A DNA stretch of 64,000 nucleotides, taken from positions 1,302,001-1,366,000 of the forward strand of contig JBODTK010000010.1 of NCBI GenBank assembly GCA_050613775.1, written 5' to 3'. The stretch is from Neocallimastix sp. 'constans'. Lineage: Eukaryota. Position 1 is the first letter of the stretch. Each line of letters starts with the position of its first letter. Below are positions 1 to 13,600 of the stretch, one piece after another. The position numbers were made by a program, and so were the translations under genes. The notes under the pieces were generated by a model. The model had not been told where the DNA came from. It saw only the letters and a list, made by a program, of their open reading frames with translations, and did no database searches.

Positions 1-303
1 TGTTAAGGTTTTAGAGAATTAAATAAAAATAAAGTAAAGAAACACAAATTTTATTTTTTTATTTATTATTTTTATTTATAAATTTATTTGATTTTATTTC
101 ATGATTTTTAAAAATTGGTAGCAAAATTTACAACTATTTATACTTTTTTCAAGGCATAAAAGTTGTTCTTGCCACTAAATTACATTTTATTTATATTTTT
201 TTTTTAAAAAAAACTATTAAATTTAAATTGAATTTTATAATTAGTTATATAAAATTTAATTATAACAATATAAATAAAATACATTTATAATATTAATAAA
301 ACA

Positions 304-335
<32 letters not shown>

Positions 336-819
336 CTAAAATATTACTAATAAGAATTTATTTAATTGGCTATAATTTATATTACAATCTGTTAAAATAT
401 TCAAATAAAAATAAAAATACTATTCTAATATAAAGGTTTTTAATAAAATAAAACATTTTTCAATATAAAATAAAACATTTCGATATAAAATTTTATAATA
501 AAAGTTAAAATATAATATATAAATTTTTAATTATCAATATATAAAAATATTATTAATACAAATTTTCCTTATTAATATAAAAATAAAAAAAAATAAGATT
601 TATTATTAATATTGCTAATATTAGTTTTAAATATATAAAAATATTACTATTAATATAAGATTTAATATAAAAATATAAAATTTAATATAATTTTTGATTT
701 AATTTTTGATCTTTGGATTTAAAAATTTATTAAAGTACAAAAATAATAATGTACACATAATGTATTAGAAATAAATCGTAGATTTAATTAAGAATGCACT
801 ATTTAGTACATTCTTATCA
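1..819. mobile_element. Probable solo LTR (K), outermost visible member of the locus-1 stack
   Basis: Begins tgttaag and ends cttatca (imperfect TG..CA inverted ends). Followed by the attt spacer once the 823-2326 insertion is removed. Left flank is outside the window. Confidence 0.5.
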
Positions 820-822
820 ATT

Positions 823-2326
823 TGTAAAGAATTAATTAAAAATATTTAATTATATTAATAATTAATTCTTTCTAAAATTAATAATAAAAAATATTATTAA
901 TTGAGATAAAATTAAAAAGTATAATATAAAAATTGAAAACGAAAATTTAAAAACTTAGAGTTTATTATAAGATTATAATAAACAACACTAAAAGTAGGTT
1001 AAGAGAATTTTAGAAATTATTTTATTATAAAAATTTTTTATTAGAAGTAATTTTAAAATATTTGTGTTAATTATTATAATTTCTTATAATAATAACTCTT
1101 GATTATTTTTAGAAGAATCAAGAGTCCTATTTATATTAATTTGATTTCTAATCTTGGAAAATTATCTCTATCTAGAAAAAGATTAGAAGAAAAAACTAGA
1201 TAGATCTCGATTGGTGTTTAATTACATCAATCTTTAGTTAATAAGAAAACCCGAATAAGGGAGAAAACTTATTAACTAATTATATATTAATTTTATTAAT
1301 ATTTAATCACAAGTAAAATTAAATAATTAATTCTTTTAATTATCTTAATTAAAAGTCCAAGAAATAATATAATTTAATTATTTCTTGATTAAATAGAATT
1401 ATCATTTTAATACAATTTAATTTTTCTTAATTAAATAGAATTTATCATTATTTTAATACAATAATACATTATTATAATTTAATATATTAATTATTGATAA
1501 TTTAATTTAATGTAAATAAATTTTAAAACAATAACATTAATTAATAATTACTATGTGACATAATTAATAAAATTATTCATAAAATTTTATAAAATAATAA
1601 ACTTTAAATATTAATTTTTTAATGTTAAGATAATAACTGAATTTCAATTCAATTTCAATTTCGATATTTCAGTTATTTGAATTTCAATATTAATAAATAA
1701 TAATAATATAATAATTATTATTAAATTAACTTTATTAAAATATTTAGGAATTAGTCTAGGCCAACTAATTACTAAATATTATTAACATATTGAATTTAAT
1801 ATATATTAAATAATGTAAACACGTGATTGTCATATTAAATTAATTTCTACATATTATATTTTAATTATAAATTATAATATTTAGCAATATTTCTTATATT
1901 TTATTTATATTAAATATTTATATTATTATCTTATTTTATATTATCAATATCAAACTTATATTAATACTATTACATATTCATATTAATAATTAATATTTTA
2001 ATAATTAATTATTTTATATAAATACATGTTTAAATCTTTTGATTAATCCTTTGTAGGATTATTGTAATTTAAATTATAGTAATAATTATATAAAATAATA
2101 ATGTAATAAAATATTATTAAGATTAAATAAAATTTATATTTTAAATAAAAAACTTAATTATAAAATTTACTAATAACAATATGTTTTAAATAAGAGTAAA
2201 ATTAAGTTATTAATTAATTACTATAATTTGGCATCTTGACCTAATCGTTAAGACCAAATTATCTAAAAACTTTGACATTTAATAAAGAATAATAATTATT
2301 TTGAAAAATAATTATAATTCTTTACA
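823..2326 (-). mobile_element. Solo LTR of family A (5-bp TSD), inverted relative to the other A copies, with a nested element
   Basis: Termini tgtaaagaatta...taattctttaca. TSD caatt at 818-822 and 2327-2331. About 1140-1205 is the reverse complement of the tatctagttttttcttctaatctttttctagata core at about 41210-41270. Confidence 0.8.
1623..2277. mobile_element. Solo LTR-like element nested in the family-A LTR
   Basis: Termini tgttaa...ttgaca. TSD tttaa at 1618-1622 and 2278-2282. Right end is homologous to the spacer foldback element at 56015-56236. Confidence 0.7.
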
Positions 2327-2332
2327 CAATTT

Positions 2333-2934
2333 TGGTACAGGACTTTTGAAATTGATGGATGTATAATAATATATTGGTAAATAGATAGTGGACGTATAAA
2401 AATTACGAAAAACTTATACAATATTTATTTATTTATTTATTGATTATTTATTAATTTATTTATTTAAAAATTTATTTAACTATATATTATTCATCCATTT
2501 ATTTATTTGTTCATTTATTTATTTATTCCTCCATTACATAAAAAAAAAGAAAAGAGAGAGATTTAAAATAATATTATTACAAAATATTTTATAAATTTTG
2601 GTAATACATTGATTAGTTAAAAATAATTTTGTGTAACAATAAAATAATAATAAAATTTTAGATATGAATATTAATAATAAAAATAATAAAAAATTTATAA
2701 TATAAAATAAAATTTATCAAATGTATAATAAAAATATAATAAGAATATAATAAAATATTTATTTTATAGCAAAATATTAATAATTAATAATATATATATT
2801 TATATAATAATAAAGGAAATATTGATAAAGTTAATAAAGATAATAATTAATTAATAAAATAGATTTAAAACATATTTATATGGAGAAATATTAAAATTAT
2901 TATAATTTAAGGTATTTGGGTAAATACCGTATCA
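2333..2934. mobile_element. Solo LTR (L), locus-1 stack
   Basis: Termini tggtaca...cgtatca, resembling the termini of the full-length gypsy LTRs. Flanked by attt on both sides. Confidence 0.75.
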
Positions 2935-2938
2935 ATTT

Positions 2939-3537
2939 TGATACAATATAAGTAATAAAGTATCAGATTTCTATTTATAACGAGGTCGAGCAAATAGGGA
3001 ATTTGTAAAATAATATATTCCAACTCAAAGATAATAAATAATAATTTACACAAATAATAAAATTTATTTATTTCTTTTTAAATCTTGTTTTTATTTATTT
3101 ATTTATTTTACATAAATTATTACAATTATATTTATATTCCTCTGAATATAATGATTTTTATCTATCTCTAATAATTCAATTTATATTAATATCTTAATAA
3201 TAATTTTACTTATAATTGTAGGATTCAACTCTTATCCTTTAACTATAAGTAATTACTTAATTATTTAAACTAAACTATAAGTTCTCTAAAACTATTATTT
3301 TACTCAATTAGAATTTTTTAAAACAACAAGAAAAACTCTCTCTTTAACTTTTATTTCATTCTCTTCTTTTAAATTTATTAATTAATTTTATCTTGAATAT
3401 TATTGGCTGTCTAATTAATTTTTAATCTATTTATATAATGATTTAGTATATTATATATTGTAATTATTTTTTCACTATATTATTATAGGATTTTCTCTTT
3501 GTTAATTTTCTTTCGTATTTCTAGCTGTATTGTATCA
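2939..3537. mobile_element. Solo LTR (M), 13 bp upstream of tRNA copy 1
   Basis: Inverted termini tgatacaata...tattgtatca. TSD attt at 2935-2938 and 3538-3541. Confidence 0.85.
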
Positions 3538-3550
3538 ATTTTTCCAAGCA

Positions 3551-3643
3551 GCTCGTGTAGCCTAGAGGTTTAAGGCGTCGTGCTTATAAGGGTGTACCTC
3601 TTATGCAACGCGAAGATCGCGAGTTCGACCCCCGCCATGAGCA
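3551..3643 (+). tRNA. tRNA-Ile(UAU) with 19-nt intron (3589-3607), copy 1; T-stem mismatch
   Basis: GCTCGTG...CATGAGCA acceptor stem. Anticodon arm TCGTG-CT-TAT-A/intron/A-CGCGA, with the intron at the canonical 37/38 position. TTCGA T-loop. Exons resemble the yeast tRNA-Ile(UAU) sequence as I recall it. A3622 breaks one T-stem pair (GCGAG vs CCCGC). Confidence 0.93.
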
Positions 3644-3710
3644 ATAAAAATTTTTACAGTATTTATTTTATTTTTTTTTTTTTAAATTTATTTATTATAT
3701 ATAATAATTC

Positions 3711-3876
<166 letters not shown>

Positions 3877-3946
3877 ATATTATAATTTTAAAAATTTTAT
3901 TATTTTATTTATTTTCCATTTAATTTTATTTTATTTTTAATTATAA

Positions 3947-3992
<46 letters not shown>

Positions 3993-5141
3993 AGTTTAAC
4001 AATAATTTATTATTACATGTAAATAAAAAATAATTAATCAAAATATATAAGTCATCTTACAGACTCTCCATTCTTATTTATAATATAAATAATCCATTTC
4101 AATTTAAAATAAAAAAAAAATATTAATAAAACATCATTTTTTATATATGTTATATAATATTTTTATCTTTTTAAAACTATTATATTTGTGTAGAAATTGT
4201 TATTATTTTTTTATTTTTTTTTTTGATATATACATATTTTTTTAATTTAATGTAAAACTTTTTCTAATCTATAATTAATTTAATTTCTAACCCTGAAATA
4301 TAATTCTATATAACAATTTATTTATAATATCATCAAAATTAAAAAACCAAAAATTTATTTTAAATATGATTAAATACAAATCAACATAAATTGCTTTATA
4401 TAAAAAACAAATTATATAAAAAATGAATTTATATAAGAATAAAATTGTTATATATATATTATTCAGTTATAAATATAACTCTTAATATTATATGATAATT
4501 TAATATTTTCTTTTTTTTTTTTTTTTTTTTTTAGAAATATCAAAGAAAATAATACTATTTCAAATATTACGGAACCGAAATTAACAATCTTTTTCTTTTT
4601 TAAAATAGATAAATAAATTTATAAGACGTTTTAATTTGATTTTTACTTATTTTTACTATTAATTAAGCAAAATTTTAATAATATATAACTATAATGCTAA
4701 TATTAGCATCAACAATTCTAATAAATATGATATAATAGCCTTATATTACCAATAGTTATAATGATAAAAATAATAATATTAATACTAATAGTAATAATGA
4801 TAAAAATAAATAAAACAATAATATTAGTACTAATAGTAATAATAATAAAAAATGTTAATGATAATTATATTACATATAGAATTTATAAATAAAATAGGTA
4901 AATTTTAGAGGGGTATCTTTTTAATATTTTTATTAATAAATATTAAGAATAAATAATAAAATCAAAATTATTTTATTATCACTTTTTTTTTTTTTCTCTG
5001 CCTTTTCTTTTTCTTTTTCTTATTAATAAATATATATAAAAATGGAGACATTAACTAATTATTATAATGCTATTATTAATGAAGCATTTAATTTAGCAGT
5101 AGAAAATTTCAATAATAGTTATATTAAAATAATAGTTTTTT

Positions 5142-5173
<32 letters not shown>

Positions 5174-5238
5174 TTTTTTTCACAATATCCTCAGATTTAA
5201 ATTTATGAAGTTTTACTTGTGTTAATGTTTTATTGTTG

Positions 5239-6110
5239 TTAGTCTAAATATGAAAAGTATTGCATTGGTGGAATACAATTAATCAGATAAGAGATTAAAC
5301 AATTGGAATAAACCCATTTGTGAAAGCAACGAGCTTGAGCTAAAACACATTTAGCTGATAATGGAATAAAATGAAGTTTCTCTGTAATGGCGTAAATGGA
5401 GAGAATGAGCTTCTTCTTTTTACGAAATCCATAAATCCAATATAAGCATTTATTTAATATTTCCTTGAGAGATTGAAAACATTTGTTTATTGGTACCAAA
5501 AAAAAAAGGGGCGAAGTACGATACCAGACTTATAATTAAAGCTTAAACGAAATAATCTTTTGAAAAACAATAGGGATGTGTCTATTTTTAAAGAAAACCT
5601 TGGAGGTCACGTGTAGCATCTCTAATTTTTTGTATTCATTGTAGAGACAATTTTATTAAGATTAAGGTCATTTTCAAAGGGTATACCAAGATAGGTGTAA
5701 CATTTGGCATTCGGCAGTGGCTCACCAGCTAAAAAAAAAAAAAAAAAAAAAAGGTAGGATAAAATTTATTTAAAAAAATATGGATTTCTTTGATCTTACT
5801 ACTAAGGTGGCCCATTTATTAATACCGAAGGTCATTTCGTTGGTAAAAGCCAATTTATTGACAAGTCAAAAGAATTTATATAATTTATTACTGGAAGGTG
5901 TTCAAATAACAATATCATCAGTAAAGAGACCATTGCAACAATATTTAGGAGTAGATGTCTTCGTGACTTTTGGTTCATAAATATTAACACCTAAATTTCA
6001 AGCCTTAACTTTTAAATTTCTAAAGATTATGAATTTTCTGTAACATAAAAAAAATAAAAAACATTTTTTTGATAATTCTTTTAGTAATAAGAAATACGAC
6101 TCTTCCAGAG
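5239..6110 (-). pseudogene. Degenerate non-LTR retrotransposon (LINE) reverse transcriptase fragment
   Basis: Minus strand reads GLFTDDIV (5931-5908, FADD-type catalytic motif) and KCYTYLGIPF (about 5705-5676, YxYLG motif). Interrupted by stops, frameshifts and poly-A runs. Confidence 0.75.
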
Positions 6111-8176
6111 GTTAGGATTTTTATGCATGGATTAGTAAAAATATTTAATTATTTAAAGAGCAGATATTCTATATATACATTTTTAGAATGTGTATTATTT
6201 CACAATGGTGCATTTCGCAATGTGGCTTGAATTTTTTAATTAATTGCCACATAATTTTTTTTAACCAATAAATAAAAAATTAAATGAATAATTAAATAAA
6301 TATAAAAGAGTAATAATAAACCATTTTTAACATATTTATTTATTTTTTATTTAATATTATTTATTTATTTATTTTATTTATTTATATGTTTATTTTTTAA
6401 AAATATTTTAAGCCACATTTTTCGAAATGCACACTCCCCACCTCCCACATTTTTAATGTCTATCCATCTTTATTATTTTTATTTATTATTATTTTTTTTT
6501 TATTAATCTTCTTGTTTGCTTGGTTTGTGTTTTTAATCTATACATAAATTGCATAATGTATTAAAATAAAATTTAATATATATTCTTAATAGCTATAATT
6601 ATATATTGTATTATTAATATTAAATGAATTTTATATATTTATAAATATATTTTATTTTATTTAATTATATTATTTTTAAGTTGTATACAGATGATTATAA
6701 ATTATTTCTATTTAAACTAGTGAAACATAGTACAAAGTGTAAAAGCCTCTTTCAAAAAGTTTACATTCCTTTTTCAAATATAAACTTTAAAAAAAAAATA
6801 ATTACAAAATTATGTTGAGTTAATTCGTGGACACCGTCATTTTAATTAAATATATACTATTTATTTTATTATTTAAATATAAATTAAATACTTTTAATTT
6901 TTTTTTTATTTTAGATTTAATATATGTAATTAATTTTAATTAATTATTTATATTTAAATTTTAAAATTTATCCATTAAATTTTATTATATGGAAATGTTT
7001 TATTTTAATTTATTTTGAAATTTATCCATTATAATTATTATATGGAAATGGTTTAGTTTAACACTTTATTATTTATTTATTTAATAAAGTAGCATCATTA
7101 TGTAATCATATTTTAATATGATCTGTGCAACATTACATAATTATTTTTCAATTGTGTTACATTTTTATATTAGTTTTTAAAATTATAGTTTTAATAATGA
7201 TATAAAATATATTTTTAATAAAGATAATAGATTATATCAGTAAATAAAATAATAATTTTTTTTTATTATTTATTTATTAATATATACAGTAAATAAAATA
7301 ATAATTTTTTTTTTTATTATTTATTTATTTATTAATATATATAATTAATTTAAAAGTTTTACATTAATTTTTTTTTATGTGGTTTAAGTTTTATAATTCA
7401 TTTATTTATATATTTATAATATTTATTTATATATATATTTATTTATATATTTATTTATTTATTATTAATTTACTAATATTATTATAAATATTTTTTAAAC
7501 TTTTATTCTAATAAACTATAAAAATATAATAAATTAATAAATAAATAAATCTATATATTATTTTATTATATTATTAATAGTCATATTTTTTATTTTATAT
7601 TTTTTAATTTTATATTTTTATTATTTATTATTAATTATTTTTATTTTCTTTAAATTAGTTATTTTGTTATCAAAAACAAAATAATATGTAAATATGAATA
7701 TTTTTTTATTGTTAAATTTATTTATATTTATTTCTCAATTTTTGTATATTTACTTTTTATTGATTTTTATTGGAATGCTTAATTTAGGTTTTAAGCTATA
7801 TTCTATTTGTTTTCTTTTTGTATGATTAATAACATGTATTAATAGATGTATTTTACATTCAAGCTGGATTATTAAATCCAAGCATTAGTTACATATAAAA
7901 TATAAAATATATATTACATTAGATAAATTATTACATTTACATTTTGATGTAATTAATAATAAACATTATTGTGGATACAAATCCAATACAGTTAAAAGTT
8001 ATAGAAGTTACTTAAAAAAAAAAAAAACATTTTAATTTAGGAATCTTGAATATTTTGTGGTTTACAGAAATAAAATTTTTTCCATTAATGCCTGGTTTTA
8101 TTTTGAATATTATCGATTTTAATATATACTTAATTATTTTTAAAATCTTATATTTATATTAAAAATTAATAGTTAA

Positions 8177-8211
<35 letters not shown>

Positions 8212-8497
8212 ATAATTATCTTAAAGTAAAATAGAGAGTTGATTAGTATTTTTTTTATAAACATACTATTTATTTATTTCTAAAATTATTATAAATAATT
8301 TTTTATAATTATATATTTTTATTATTATAATGAATTTTATTATTATTTTTTATTATTTAATTATTTATTATTTAATTATTTATTATTTAATAAAGATAAA
8401 TGAATATATTTTTATTATTTAAAAGATATTTTTTTTATTACTTAACAAATTTAAATATAGATCTTTTTATCATTTAACAAGTATAAATAAAGCTCTT

Positions 8498-8646
8498 AAT
8501 ATTATTCTATCCAAAATTTAATGTGTACTAACAAAGGGATCTATATTTATATTTGTTAAATAATATAAAGATCTATATTTATATTTGTTAAATAATAAAA
8601 AGATCCCTTTTGTTAGTACATAATAAATTTTGGATAGAATAATATT
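8498..8646. repeat. Imperfect ~150-bp palindrome (MITE-like foldback)
   Basis: aatattattctatccaaaattta...tactaacaaagggatct pairs with agatcccttttgttagtac...taaattttggatagaataatatt. Confidence 0.7.
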
Positions 8647-8778
8647 GTGATCCCTTTGTTAGTTACAAATTAAATTTTGAGTAGAATATTATTATGATCA
8701 CTTAGTACATTGTAATAGAATATATATAAATATATATAATTTTAATAGAATATATATATATAATTTAAGCTAAATTTT

Positions 8779-8809
<31 letters not shown>

Positions 8810-10246
8810 ATTTTTTTTTTTTTATTTTTTAAAAAAATTATAAAGTATATTTATATTTATCTTTTAAAAATAAAATATTATTGTAGTATAATTTTTTTTT
8901 AAATTTGTTCTGTTATATTTTATTATTATTTATTTAAAATAATAACAATAAAAACATATAAAAATATACAACAGCATTAGTAATAATAAATATTTATTAT
9001 GAATATTTAATTTTATTTATTGATTTATTTATTTATTTAATAATTTTCAATTTGGCGAAATGCAACTTGGAGAAATGCCACATTTTTTAATACGCCACAT
9101 GCTATCAAAAAAATTGGCGAAATACACTCAATAAATTATTATATTTTATTTTTTTTTATTGTATTTTACTTTTAACCTTTGGAAATTTTTAATTATAGAT
9201 TCATTTTATAAATAAATTTATGTTTTACTCCATAAATTTATTTTATCAAATTTTTATTCACATGGACTGTAATTATTTTCATAACATTTTTTAATTAAAA
9301 TTTTTGTAAATAATAAATAATAAATAAATAATTTTAAATAATTCTATCCTTTTTATTATGGATGTGATATTTCACCAAAGTGGCGTATTACTTAAATTAT
9401 TCATAACAAATAAATAAATAAATAATAAATAAATAAATAAATAATAAATAAATAAATAATAAATAAATAATAAATAAAAAATAAATAAACAAATAAATAA
9501 TATACTTTATTATAATTATTTTATTAAGTAAAATAAATAAAAATAAAACTTTTTTTTTTTGGTAACTTATTAAATCAAATAAAAAAAATTTTTTATATTA
9601 AAATATATCTAAACTTTATTTTATATAAATTTTAAATGAAACCAAAAAAAAATAATTTAAAGCTCAATTTTTATTGGTTCATCCAATAAATTTTTAGCCA
9701 TAAATAAATTAATGTTGATGTGAATTAGCTAAATTGTTTTTTTTTTTTTTTATTTATAAAGATTTATTTAGGATTTCACTAATAATAATTGTAATAAAAT
9801 ATTAAAATATATTCATACTATTTATTTTAATATTTTATTATAATATCAAAAAATTATAGATAATTATGTATTTACTTTTAATAATATTTATTATTTTTTT
9901 TATTAATAATATTTGTATAAAAATTACTGATATTTTGAAATTATTTAAAAATTTACATATTGCTTAAAGATTATTAATGATAAATTTTTTATCATAATTA
10001 ATTATTTAAAATTGAATAAATAATTAATTAATTTATTTAATTTATTTCTTTAATTAATTTAATTTATTTATTTAATTTACTTAATTTACTTTTTTATTTT
10101 AAAAATTTTAAATAATATAATTTAGTTTTTCCTTTCATATAATTGTTATATTATTTGGTGTAACATTCATTTTTGTATCCAAATTTTTTATTTATCAGAA
10201 AAAGTTTGATTGGACATGATTTAAAATGGATATTCCAATTCGACTT

Positions 10247-10545
10247 AAAAAATAAAAAATAAAAAATAAAAAACAAAAAATAAACAATAAACAATAAACA
10301 GTAAAAAATAAAAAATAAAAAATAAAAAAAATAAAAAATAAAAAATGAAAAAATAAAAAATAAAAAATAAAAAAAATAAAAAATAAAAAAATAAAAAATA
10401 AAAAAATAAAAAATAAAAAAATAAAAAATAAAAAAATAAAAAATAAAAAAATAAAAAAATAAAAAATAAAAAAATAAAAAATAAAAAAAATAAAAAATAA
10501 AAAAAATAAAAAAGAAAAAAGAAAAAAATAAAAAATAAAAAATAA
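10247..10545 (+). repeat. (A6-8T)n low-complexity tract upstream of the protease gene
   Basis: Read directly from the sequence. Confidence 0.9.
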
Positions 10546-10647
10546 ATAGAAAATTATTTATAATAATATATTTTAAAAATAATAATAATAATTATATAAA
10601 TTAATAATATTTATAATTATAAGTTGTTATTTATAAAAATTAATAAT

Positions 10648-13600
10648 ATGAAGGGTCTATATTTGTTTTTTCTATTAATTACTTTTGTAAGCAATATAAT
10701 TCTCATTTATGCTGAAAATGAGAATTATATTGTTGCTATAAGAAGAAGTAAAAATGATAAAAAATATGATTATGAAAGTCCAGAAATTCAAAAGAAGATT
10801 GACGAATTAGTTAATGATAAAATGAATGATATTTACGAAATTATTGATGATAATAAAGAAACCTATATTTTAGAAAATGGACAAATGGATGAAAAATTGA
10901 AAGAATTGGATAATTCAGTTGTGGTGAGAAAACGTTCAAATAAAAACCATAAATTTATATTTACTGATGGAAATAGAAAATATAGAAATAAGAGATCCTT
11001 AGAATTAAACCAACTTAGTAATAACTCAACAGAAGAATATATTCCAATTGAATCAGTCTTAGTTAATCATTTATGTCCTATTTCAAATTATTATACGATA
11101 AATGTTTATCTTTCAGAGGAAACTCAAAAAATTGTTTGTAAATTAGATAATGTTATATATTGTGAAAAAGTTCTACCAATTAAAATCGAAAATGTTATTC
11201 CTTCTGATTTTGATACGTACAACCTTAATTCAAATACAGAATCAAATTCCAGTTCTAAATCAAATATATATTATGATATAAAAAAAATTAAAAATGAAAC
11301 CAATTGGTCAGGGGTAAGCGTACAATCATTTCCATATACCCCAAATCATTTGGCACTTTTATCACAATCAGCTTATGTAAATATGAATAAACCATTTGAT
11401 AATAATTTTTATTATCCAAGTTCAGCTGGTAAAGGAATTGATATTTTTCTAGTTGACACAGGTTTAAATGTAAATCATGAAGACTTTGATACTTCCGAAC
11501 GTACTGTAACATGCGATGCTATTGCCACTGAGTATGGTACGTATATCAATGAAGGAGAAGAAAAGAAGCATTGCATAGGTGCTAAAATAAGTGTTGATCA
11601 TGGTGAAATGGTTACTTCAGTTTCAGGTGGAAGTATATATGGGGTAGCTAAAAAAGCTAATCTTCATATGATAGCTATTGATTTAAAAAGCGCTAGTACA
11701 ATACTAGCTTTAGATTATATTATGAGATATGCAAAAAATCCAAATAAAAGTGTAATTAGTATGTCTCTAGGTCATTTTGAATATTCTCAAGCTTCAAATG
11801 ATAAATTGGATGATGTGATAAGTAAAGGTTTTAGTATTTTTGTTGCAGCAGGTAATAATAATTCTAATAGTTGTGAGAGTAAAGAGAGTGGAAATTTTAC
11901 AGGATATTCCGGTTATCGAAAAGCAATTGCAGTTGGTGCTATTGAAAATGATGTTTATGGTAATGGTTATTATAGAATTGACTATTCTAATTATGGAGAT
12001 TGCGTGGATATATTTGCTCCAGGTACTGTTGTATGTGCAGATATATATAAAGGTACAATAAGTGCTTCTGGAACATCATTAGCAACTCCAATTGTAGCTG
12101 GTATTGCCGCAACGATTATGTCAGAAAATCCTGGAATAAAATTTAATAAAGAAAAATTAGTTAAAATGATAATTGATTCTTCCATGAAAAATGTTATCCA
12201 TAATTTAGGATCATCTGATACTCCAAATCGATTAGTAAATAATGGAAAAGTTAGTATCTATCGAAATGAGAATAAAAAATCTTGTGGAAAAGGTGTTGGT
12301 TCATGTTCAGAAGGATGTTGTACTAAGAATGGTGTATGCCTTACTTATAATTACTACCCTTGGGAGGAATGCCTTGTTGAAAATGGATGTCAGAGTGAAT
12401 TTGGTTCTTGTACTTCTAAAAATCAAGCAATCAAAGATTGTGAAAAAGAATATAACGATAATAAAAATTGTTATGTTGAAATTTCTTCAGATATGAATGA
12501 TGCTGAATTTATCGATCACTGTAAAATTTTAGAATCAAATCAATGTAAAGTTTATTTCCGTAAAAAGATTAATAATTTATCAATTTGTACCATTGCGAAA
12601 AAATATAGGTCTTTTAATTTTATTGAAAATTTTGATGAAAAAAAATATCATAGTTCATTAAAATTGTGTCATACTACAGAAAAGAAATTAGAAAGTGAAT
12701 GTATTACCCAAATGAAAGAGTACCAAGATTGTTTAATTAACGGTAATATAAATTTAAATGATCCTTACAGTTTTGGTTCAAATTTCAACCGTTGTTCTAA
12801 GATAACATCAAGTAAGTGTTCCACTCTGTATAATGAAAAAACGGATGAATTGAGAAAAAAATTATCCTATTGTTATCTTCTTAAAGATCATTATGGCAAA
12901 GATATTATAAAAGATAAAATTAATGTTAATATATTCTATAAGAATGCCTATCAAAATTATAACGATTTCGTTAAATTTTGTGACAATACAAAAGAAAAAT
13001 CAATAGATATTTGTGATGACATCATAGACGAACATTCAGAATGCCAAATAAATAAAAATGAAAATAAATATGATTGTAATACATTTATTTCAGGAAAATG
13101 TCAAAATTTTTATAATTTATTAAACATGGGCCGATTTGTATGTAATATTGCCAAAAAATATAAATCCTATGATATTGTTGACAATTTAAAATCTGAAAAG
13201 TTTAACCAATATCAAGAAAAATGTGAAATGATGACTTTGAATACAAATGCCAAACGTTTATGGATTTATAATGAATCGACTGGTAAATGTTTATTTGCAC
13301 CAGATAAAATAAATCAACCACCAGTTTTGAAAGATTGCAATGATAATAATCTATCTCAATGGTATATTTCTTCTTACGATAAAAGTATCATACAATCTGC
13401 TTCAAACACCAATCGATGTTTAAATATTGTAGATCCAATTAATGGTACTATTGAAATAAATAAATGTACGGATAGTATTCAATTTAAATATTTTAGTGAT
13501 GATGGTGTAATTTTTAGTCCTACATTTGGTAGTAGAAAATGTTTAAGTGTTGGAGATGGAAAATCAGCCAAAACTAATAATTCAGTTTATTATAGGGTAT

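Noticed and set aside
10624..10647. Upstream TTG start given by the ORF track for the protease
   Set aside because: In a eukaryotic context the ATG at 10648 directly opens the signal peptide.
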